This document shows positions 29,234 to 36,267 of a stretch of 44,574 nt of DNA, one piece after another. Under the pieces are notes generated by a model. The model made no database searches. It was not told the DNA's origin and saw only the letters and a list, made by a program, of their open reading frames with translations. A program made the translations under genes and the position numbers. Where the stretch lies: NCBI GenBank assembly GCA_021846765.1, contig JAJZWH010000001.1, positions 1 through 44,574 on the forward strand, written 5' to 3'. This DNA comes from a bacterium. GTDB lineage: Bacteria; Patescibacteriota; Saccharimonadia; Saccharimonadales; UBA4665. How positions within the stretch are numbered: the first letter of the stretch is position 1; every line of letters starts with the position of its first letter.

Positions 29234-29780
29234 ATCAGAAATTGTATTAATCACGGGGAACGTAAATAAAGTGCGTGAATATGAACGTTTATTGGGTGTG
29301 CAGCTTGATTATCAAAATCTTGATTTGCCTGAAATTCAGGCTACTGATGTTAGACAGGTAGCTCGCAACAAAGCAGAGAACGCTTATGGGATCGTCGGTC
29401 GTCCATGTTTTGTCGACGATACGGGTCTAACGATTGAAGCATGGGGTCAATTACCAGGAGCATTAATTCGTTGGTTTCTCGATAACGTAGGCAATGAAGG
29501 ATTACTTAAAATGCTAGATTCAAATCAATCTCGCTCTGCTTACGTTACAACGGCTATTGGGTACTGTGATAAAAATGGGTTTAAGCTTTGCGAAGGACGA
29601 ATTAATGGAATAATAGCCAATGAGCCAAAAGGTGACAATGGGGTTGGTTATGATACAATCTTTATTCCTGAAAACCAGACTAAAACATTTGCAGAAATGA
29701 CCAATGAAGAAAAAGATTCTAGATCTATGCGTGCCTTAGCAGCAGCTGCAATGAAAACTGATTTGCAGATTGGGGCATGA
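29226..29780 (+). CDS. Non-canonical purine NTP pyrophosphatase (RdgB/HAM1 family); cassette 2
   Basis: TGNVNK, DLPEIQ, DDTGL, LPG, GYDTIF, TFAEM, EK...SMR; overlaps the kinase stop. Confidence 0.88.
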   Translation: MSKSEIVLITGNVNKVREYERLLGVQLDYQNLDLPEIQATDVRQVARNKAENAYGIVGRPCFVDDTGLTIEAWGQLPGALIRWFLDNVGNEGLLKMLDSNQSRSAYVTTAIGYCDKNGFKLCEGRINGIIANEPKGDNGVGYDTIFIPENQTKTFAEMTNEEKDSRSMRALAAAAMKTDLQIGA

Positions 29781-29803
29781 CATCTATACCAACTGTTTAA
29801 GAC

Positions 29804-29881
29804 TTATGCAGACCTCAATTCACAGATAAATATCTGGGAAGCATGTAGTTTAGTTGCAATAGTTTCACACAAAGACCTCCA
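29804..29881. repeat. Arm repeat C, copy 1 (ends AAAGACCTCCA)
   Basis: gttgcaatagtttcacacaaagacctcca vs gttgcaatcacttcacacaaggccctcca; minus-strand frame WRSLCETIATKLHASQIFICELRSA*. Confidence 0.75.
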
Positions 29882-29991
29882 AATGTTCTTCACAACACTT
29901 TGTAAGATAAGAAGTATGGAATTTTAGTTGCATACCTAAGCTTCGCATCGGCAATTCGTTTTCTCCATCTGTTATCAAGTTCTATATCACT
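29882..29991. repeat. Arm repeat B, copy 2
   Basis: Homologous to 28309-28419 and likewise begins immediately after a CCTCCA core. Confidence 0.88.
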
Positions 29992-30047
29992 TTGTCTATT
30001 CCACTTATGCTTGCTACATCGCATAAAAAAGACTTTAATAGAATATT

Positions 30048-30551
30048 ATGAGCAAAGGGGAAGATTTAGGAGATAGAACAACCGAAGAATTTTCTAGAGC
30101 AGTTAGCGAAAAGATTTTGGGTGTTTTTGCGGTACGTAGAGAATTTAGGGAAGTAAACGCTCGCCGACATAAGACAGAGGAAGAGGCAACCTTTCGAGCA
30201 CCTAAAGGTTTTGTGTTTAGAGTTGTAGCTTTGAGTGATGGGGCGTTGACTTCTATTCACGACGGGCATAAACCAAAGCCTTGGTATGAAGAACGAAAAC
30301 GTGGCGATATAGTTTATGCACCTGTAATAGATTGCCATAGAAAAGATGGATTTACTTGGTCAACCTATACGTCATGGCTAAATGGTCCTCTAGAGTTTGA
30401 ACTTCCATCTTATGTGGCAAGTAGGACGCCGACAAGTATAAATAATGAGGACGTTCAAATTGACTTAGTTAGGGTTGAAGAGCTTGTTGCTGCACATACA
30501 AGGCGTGAGCCTTTGTCTAGAATACAGTTGGAAGAAGATGCTACTGTTTAG
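30048..30551 (+). CDS. Hypothetical protein; cassette 3
   Basis: 167-aa ORF exactly filling the space between arms B2 and C2. Confidence 0.65.
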   Translation: MSKGEDLGDRTTEEFSRAVSEKILGVFAVRREFREVNARRHKTEEEATFRAPKGFVFRVVALSDGALTSIHDGHKPKPWYEERKRGDIVYAPVIDCHRKDGFTWSTYTSWLNGPLEFELPSYVASRTPTSINNEDVQIDLVRVEELVAAHTRREPLSRIQLEEDATV

Positions 30552-30625
30552 TTATATAGTCTGATAATAAATATCTCTTCATTTATGTTAAGGATGGTTG
30601 CAATCACTTCACACAAGGCCCTCCA
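30548..30625. repeat. Arm repeat C, copy 2 (ends AAGGCCCTCCA; 9 bp identical to the tRNA 3' end)
   Basis: Minus-strand frame WRALCEVIATILNINEEIFIIRLYN*, same 78-nt length as copy 1. Confidence 0.75.
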
Positions 30626-30679
30626 ATAATTTCATTTCTAGACCCCTATTTATTTAGAGGGTTTCTTATATTAATAAGT

Positions 30680-31450
30680 ATGGGTGCTTACAATACAGAA
30701 ACTTACGAAATCAGTCCGCACTTTAAGTATTCTATCGCAGACAACCCTTCATTAGACAGTTTAAAACAACTAGCAAATATTGATATAAAGAGCGAAACAA
30801 GTGAATTTAGTAAAGCTGAGTATATAATAGGCTTCTCTCATCAGTTATTTACGCACAATGGAGACAACGAACCATCTGCTGCTGACCCACTAACTATACT
30901 CAGAGAGGCAAAAGAAGGGCAATCGTTTCGATGTGTTGAATATAGTACGTTGGCTATGGGATTGCTGTGGGCCTACAAAATACCTGCCAGAACTATTGGG
31001 CTGAAAACATGTGACGTAGAAATTCGTAAATATGGTGCTGGGCATGTAGTAATTGAGTTCTGGTGCAAAGATTATAACAAATGGGTTATGTGTGACGTGC
31101 AAGCAGGTATTATCCCTAAACATAATGAAATTCCAATATCTGCCTATGAGCTATCAAATTATCTTAAATTTCATGAAACTATTACTTTTGCACCTATAGA
31201 ACACTCCAGATTCAAACAAAATAGTAGATATGGCGACAAGAAAAGCTATGAAGAATGGATAAAAGACTATCTATGCTTTATAGATACACCCCTAGACTTA
31301 ACGTTTGATATTAAAGATAGACGAAAACAGCAAATTGTAATGTTGGTGCCACTTGACAAAAAATATCCAAAATCTTTTCAGGGATTGTTTGACATGAATG
31401 CCCTGTATACTCATAGCGTAAAAGACTTTTACCCAGAACTACACATATAA
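30680..31450 (+). CDS. Transglutaminase-like (Cys-His-Asp) protein; cassette 4
   Basis: FRCVEYS, GHVVIEFW, KWVMCD triad spacing. Confidence 0.8.
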   Translation: MGAYNTETYEISPHFKYSIADNPSLDSLKQLANIDIKSETSEFSKAEYIIGFSHQLFTHNGDNEPSAADPLTILREAKEGQSFRCVEYSTLAMGLLWAYKIPARTIGLKTCDVEIRKYGAGHVVIEFWCKDYNKWVMCDVQAGIIPKHNEIPISAYELSNYLKFHETITFAPIEHSRFKQNSRYGDKKSYEEWIKDYLCFIDTPLDLTFDIKDRRKQQIVMLVPLDKKYPKSFQGLFDMNALYTHSVKDFYPELHI

Positions 31451-31585
31451 CTCCCACTAGGAATATATCGAACTGAATCGTTTCTTGCTAATAAGCTCTT
31501 GCCTGTATTTGTTATCCAGCAATCCTCTCCATCTAAGAAGTTCTTGGGTGAAAATATATAACTTAATTCTTTGGTGGGCCTCCAT
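31447..31585. repeat. Arm repeat A, copy 2
   Basis: Minus-strand ORF 31457-31585 MEAHQRIKLYIFTQELLRWRGLLDNKYRQELISKKRFSSIYS*. Confidence 0.9.
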
Positions 31586-31590
31586 GTTAC

Positions 31591-32457
31591 TCATGTTTTA
31601 TATGACGGATTGCAATAGTCACAATATCCTGCATAAGCAGTTTTTTTCTGATGAGGAAAAATTACGTCTTGGGTGAATTTGCATTTATCACACTCGTAAA
31701 CATCATACAAAGGGATGTCAGTCAGTCTCCCGCACTGTTCACAGGGTAAGCCTGGTTTAGGCGAAATCCTATGAAAACCAGGAGTATTACAGCTAGGACA
31801 TAATCTTTTTATATTTTCTATTAGGTCTTTAGTAGCTACCTCTATGTTTTTCATTCTTGATTTATTAACATGCGCCCTAAAGTCTGTTTCAAGCCATATT
31901 GATTTGTATTTCTCTAGATAGTTTGTGGCAATTTCAATAAGATTATCTTTAGTTACTATTCCCTTAACCATATTTTTATATTTTTTCTCTGAGCTTCTTA
32001 TGACAATGCCATGTTTTGGGAAGTTAATGTTATCTGCAAACTCTAAAACTTCTTCAAGGTTATTGGCTGTAGTATTTTGTGCATAACTGACTATCTCTAC
32101 ATGACCACCAAATATTTCCAGACCGAGTTTATTATCTATAAAAACAACTATTTCGGTATTGGTTATGCCAAAAGGAGCTGCTGGGTGTGGACCAAAGGTA
32201 CCTTCACTGGCAATTCCTAAATCTAAGTTCAATAACTCCATTGCAGCTTTAGCTTTAATGATTGCTGTTTCTTTTTGATTAGCGGGTCTTTCTTTATCTA
32301 GGGTAAAAGTACCGAACTTATCTGTATCTAAGTCTGTGGGTACTAATACTTCTATTCCAAGTTCCTTCATAAATAGAGGTGCTATGACTTGTTCTTTTTT
32401 ATGCTTTGTCCCTAAGGCAGCTTTTCTAGAATTCAATAGTGTACTTATATTAGTCAT
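31591..32457 (-). CDS. DUF6671-like protein with C-terminal zinc ribbons; cassette 5
   Basis: KHKKEQVIAP, DTDKFGTFT, ASEGTFGPHP, ETDFRA, four CxxC pairs ending CDYCNP (family name from recall). Confidence 0.7.
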   Translation of the reverse strand: MTNISTLLNSRKAALGTKHKKEQVIAPLFMKELGIEVLVPTDLDTDKFGTFTLDKERPANQKETAIIKAKAAMELLNLDLGIASEGTFGPHPAAPFGITNTEIVVFIDNKLGLEIFGGHVEIVSYAQNTTANNLEEVLEFADNINFPKHGIVIRSSEKKYKNMVKGIVTKDNLIEIATNYLEKYKSIWLETDFRAHVNKSRMKNIEVATKDLIENIKRLCPSCNTPGFHRISPKPGLPCEQCGRLTDIPLYDVYECDKCKFTQDVIFPHQKKTAYAGYCDYCNPSYKT

Positions 32458-32504
32458 TTTATAATTATATTAGAACATGTTGCAATAGATAAACAATCAA
32501 ACCT

Positions 32505-32643
32505 ATAACTCCCACTAGGAATATATCGTACTTAATCTTTTCTTGCTTAGCTGCTCTTGCTTATACAGAATATCCAAAAGTTGTCGCCACCTAAGGAGTT
32601 CTTGGGTGAAAGTATATAACTTAATTCTTTGGTGGGCCTCCAC
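32505..32643. repeat. Arm repeat A, copy 3
   Basis: Minus-strand frame 32515-32643 VEAHQRIKLYTFTQELLRWRQLLDILYKQEQLSKKRLSTIYS*. Confidence 0.9.
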
Positions 32644-32763
32644 GAACTGTATTTCATTCATTTTTCTGTTTAAGTTAGGTAAGTTGTATCTGTAAATAGG
32701 GCTGATTTCTGTGGGGTAAACTTTTTGGTCTTTTTTAACTGAAAATCCAGCAGGAAATATTAA
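32515..32763 (-). pseudogene. C-terminal remnant of a probable site-specific (large serine-type) recombinase, reading through the att core
   Basis: Stop-free frame LIFPAGFSVKKDQKVYPTEISPIYRYNLPNLNRKMNEIQF-VEAHQRIKLY...; no 5' part present; family assignment is recall of CPR recombinase C-termini. Confidence 0.6.
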
Positions 32764-33460
32764 GTCTTTGGATTGGCTACTCTATCAACGTGTTGTGGGT
32801 TGTTAGGGTCAAACTTAGCTTGTGATAAATAATTAAACACTTCAGTTGCAGACCTACCATTTTTTAGTTGATTAGTGATATATTCAGCCATCTGTTTGTA
32901 GCCAACATAGTATGCAATATCTTTAGTAAAGATTGCTTGCTTAGTACCCAAGTTATCACCCCTACTACCTCTGTAGATACGGTCAATGTGTCCCCATACT
33001 CTAGGAGCTAGTGATGATATCGCTGCTTCGTCAGCACCTTGTAGCTGTAGCCTTACTAGCTGACGCGCATAGCTTGATTTCAAACATCTCTTTACGAGTT
33101 CTCTGAACTCCATCAACAGTACCAAGAGCTAAAGCAATATCAACATAACGGTCGTATGCTTTATCAGGAAGCTGTCCATTCACAGCTTCTTCTGCTAATA
33201 CTCCGAGTCCTTCTTCAGCATCTAAATAACCTGCAAGTCCAGTGGCTAGTTTCTTATCGCCAGTTTTATAGCCATTCTTTCCTCTAAGAGCATGGACTAG
33301 TAGCTCATGCGCCAGTAATGCACGCGCGTCTTTAGGCGAAGCAGATTCACGACGAGACGCAATCTTTATTTTACGGTCAGAGGCTTCGACAGAAAGCGAA
33401 GTACCGTCGGTTGAAACAACTTGCCATTCACTCCACTCAGGGTCATTATTATCTGTCAAG
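32760..33460 (-). pseudogene. DUF1704/MATCAP-like metallopeptidase fragment, frameshifted and 5'-truncated
   Basis: HELLVHALR and EEGLG in one frame, RIYRG...FTKDIAYYVG in the other; the frames join if one extra A near 33076 is removed (EMFEI-SYARQL). Confidence 0.7.
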
Positions 33461-33571
33461 TCCCCGAAATCTTGGACACTTTGTCTCGGACCTCTGTTAA
33501 CATGACTTTTCCGATGAAGGGACTCTTCAGAATTATGTGTAAACTTGTATATAATATTACATGGTCTAGAT

Positions 33572-34030
33572 ATGTTAGACGAAACAGCTATTCGAGAAAA
33601 AGCCGACGAAGATGGCATAACTCATATATCTACAGGAGTTGCTGTTGTTAAAGATGGTCAAATTCTGTTGGTGCGCCGCTCAAAGGATGACTTTCTTGGA
33701 GGTTATTATGAATTACCTGGTGGCGGTGTTGATAATGGAGAAACAATCGAACAAGCCGCAATGCGTGAAATCAAAGAGGAAACAGGTTTAGTGCCTTCTA
33801 AAGTTATAACAACATTCAAAGGATTTGATTATAAAACAGATAAAAAGCCATTCGTAAGACAAGTTAATTTAATTATCGAAGCTAAACCTGGAGAAGTTAA
33901 GTTAAGCCCTGAGCATGATGACTTTTTATGGGCTAACAAAGATGACTTAGGCAATATCAAGATGACTGAAAATATGATTGATTGTGTTTATGATGCGTTC
34001 TCTAAGCTAAATGCCTTGTTTTACGTCTAG
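33572..34030 (+). CDS. NUDIX hydrolase
   Basis: Nudix box GGGVDNGETIEQAAMREIKEETGL, SPEHD; ATG at 33572. Confidence 0.9.
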   Translation: MLDETAIREKADEDGITHISTGVAVVKDGQILLVRRSKDDFLGGYYELPGGGVDNGETIEQAAMREIKEETGLVPSKVITTFKGFDYKTDKKPFVRQVNLIIEAKPGEVKLSPEHDDFLWANKDDLGNIKMTENMIDCVYDAFSKLNALFYV

Positions 34031-34041
34031 AGAATTAAATT

Positions 34042-34611
34042 TTAAGTTTTGTTCTTAACCCACTTCTTGAATTCTTCTACGCTTTTAACATTATTTCTTA
34101 AAACCGCTTCATAGATATTGAAACTATCTGTTTTAATTTCTTTATCATTTCTAGCTGCTTTTAACTCAAGAATTATCTTTTTAGTCTCATTATTGAGTCT
34201 ATCCTTTATCCAATCATTATTGATTCTAAGGGTATCTTCGTTCCCAAACCAAATATCCACTTTCCATCTATTTTTAGAGAAATCATTTTTTACACCTACA
34301 TAATAAGCCTTAGGAAATTCTGGATGATTTTTAGAACTATGCTTAACAAAATCGTAATACAAATAACCGTTCCATTGGTTTTGTTGGATAAGCTGATTTA
34401 ATGCCTCTAGTGCAGCTACTCTGGCCCTATCTGTAGGAACTATTACATATATATCAAGGTCTGGCCCTAGCATTAAGTTATAATCATAACTTCCAACAAT
34501 TTTGACTTCTCCAATTCTAGAAAGCAGCGAATAAATGCGTGAGTAATCTAGAAGCTTATCCGCCTCCTCGTGCCACATTCTAGATAAAGTCAGAAGTCCA
34601 ATTATTTCCAT
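34042..34611 (-). CDS. Pol-beta-superfamily nucleotidyltransferase-like protein
   Basis: VGSYDYNLMLGPDLDIYV and WKVDIW give the GS...DxD...D signature. Confidence 0.65.
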   Translation of the reverse strand: MEIIGLLTLSRMWHEEADKLLDYSRIYSLLSRIGEVKIVGSYDYNLMLGPDLDIYVIVPTDRARVAALEALNQLIQQNQWNGYLYYDFVKHSSKNHPEFPKAYYVGVKNDFSKNRWKVDIWFGNEDTLRINNDWIKDRLNNETKKIILELKAARNDKEIKTDSFNIYEAVLRNNVKSVEEFKKWVKNKT

Positions 34612-35042
34612 CTTACTATTTTATAATTATAGTGGTTTAAGTCATGATAGGACGCATTAGATAAAAAAGAAAGTTACCCAAAGAATATCGGTTAGATAGT
34701 AATTCGGTTACTCTAGTTCTCATTATGAAGAAAACTATGTTTAATGCAATTATTGAAGAAAAACTACCAAAATACCTAAAAGCTGATGTTAAAAAAATCA
34801 ATCATTGAAGTCAGCAGCATGCACAGTAGGGCAGTATTTAGAGCCCTGAATCGTAGTAGGAAACGATCTAACTGAAAATCTCAGCCTAAACTTGGTAAGT
34901 CAAAAAATACTGATCTGGTATGTGTTTTAGAGCAAGATCAATATTATTTAGTATCAGAACACCACTTAGTTTAATAAACCCATCGGTAGTTATATTGTAT
35001 TTGCCAATAAGTTAAACGATAATATTATAAGCTTAAGCATTT

Positions 35043-36093
35043 ATGGAAAACCAAGACAATAATCAATTTACTCAACCGAGCGATGTTCAACCCAGCTATA
35101 GTAATAAACCACAATCTACAAATAGATTAGTAAAAATATTAATATCTCTATTAGTAATATTGGTTATTGTAATAGTGGGATTAGGAGTATACGTTTGGCA
35201 ACACAATAAAGTAGTCGATCTAACCAAGCAATTGAATTCGACGAAAACAACAATTCCTCAAGACAAAAAAACTGATAATGTCTTGAGCTATAACTCTCAA
35301 CAATTTACGAACCTTATCTATAGTCAGTTGCAATCAGTTATGCCTAGCAACTACACCATAATTAACTCAACATCTAGCCCCACTACATCAGACACTATTG
35401 CGGTTAGCGTTGGCCACGAGATATCTAATACAGCTGAAAATGTTGGTCCAGGAATCGCTGCAACGGCTTATAACTTTATAGTTCAGCCTCAAGGATACAC
35501 AATAACCTTGTACTGTTCAGCGCTGTCATCGAACAACAATCCATCATGTCCTTCAACCGTCCAGACAGCGATAGAAAAATTGGTTAGTAAAGAGATGAGT
35601 GGTTTTCAATATATTAAAAATGGTGGCTACCTAGATGGTTTAGATGGACCCAATCCTAAAGTTGACGTATATAAAAATAACTTAATAGATTGTTATTGTT
35701 AATTACAGTAGTTTTGGCAATGGTACTTTTCTAGGCTGTTCAGATAAAAGCGAATATCCTGTTGTATATCAAGAAGTTCAGTCGTTACTAAATGCTACAC
35801 CAACTACAGGCTCCGGATCTCCGCAGCCAACTACCAAACCACAACTAGTTTTCCCCGCTCCTTTCATTGGAAATAGTCAGACTAATGGTTATAAATATGC
35901 CTACATGGGTTACGGTGCCGCTGAGGGATACTTTTATAAAGAAGGCAATATCTGGTACTATCTTGGCTCTGGTCAGTTCGGTTTAAATTGTACTCATTTA
36001 AGCTCCAACACAAGCACTAATATTCAAGCCATGATTGCTTTTCAAGGTCAACCATGCACGACTAATAACGGCAATAGCTCAACTGTACAGTAA
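35043..36093 (+). pseudogene. Membrane-anchored extracellular protein split by a +1 frameshift near 35694
   Basis: Removing one T in gat tgt t att gtt aat joins ORF 35043-35702 to an open frame running to 36093; one N-terminal TM. Confidence 0.7.
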
Positions 36094-36267
36094 AATTTAC
36101 AGATAAAATAATTTAATTATTAACAGTCCTATACACTCCAAAAGAGTTCCATTAAAAACAAGAGATTGGCATATTTCAAGCAAGAACCTACTACTCCTAC
36201 TTCGGTATCAAGTTATCTGCCTAAGTTCAAGCTGTTTAGCATAATCAACTACCATCATCTTTTTACT

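Larger units (their letters stand above)
27413..32763. mobile_element. Tandem array of integrase-less cassettes at the tRNA-Lys 3' end
   Basis: CCTCCA-ending att-like cores at 28308, 29881, 30625, 31584 and 32642, each embedded in conserved arm repeats; 1-2 accessory genes between consecutive cores. Confidence 0.8.

Noticed and set aside
31485..31676. 63-aa plus-strand ORF over arm A2
   Set aside because: It overlaps the DUF6671-like gene antisense, and the synonymous-change pattern among A copies supports the minus-strand frame.
27413..32642. Repeats as a CRISPR array or classical integron attC sites
   Set aside because: Units are 0.7-1.6 kb with whole genes between them. The repeats are 78-140 bp, are not long palindromes with RYYYAAC...GTTRRRY ends, and no cas or intI gene is present.
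33460..33651. N-terminal part of ORF 33031-33618 and plus-strand ORF 33421-33651
   Set aside because: Both overlap the NUDIX gene and its upstream region and lack protein-like motifs; treated as chance open frames.
34620..36260. Further att cores closing the island (gagccctg near 34842, cactcca near 36134)
   Set aside because: Matches are too short and lack A, B or C arms, so the right boundary of the island cannot be fixed.
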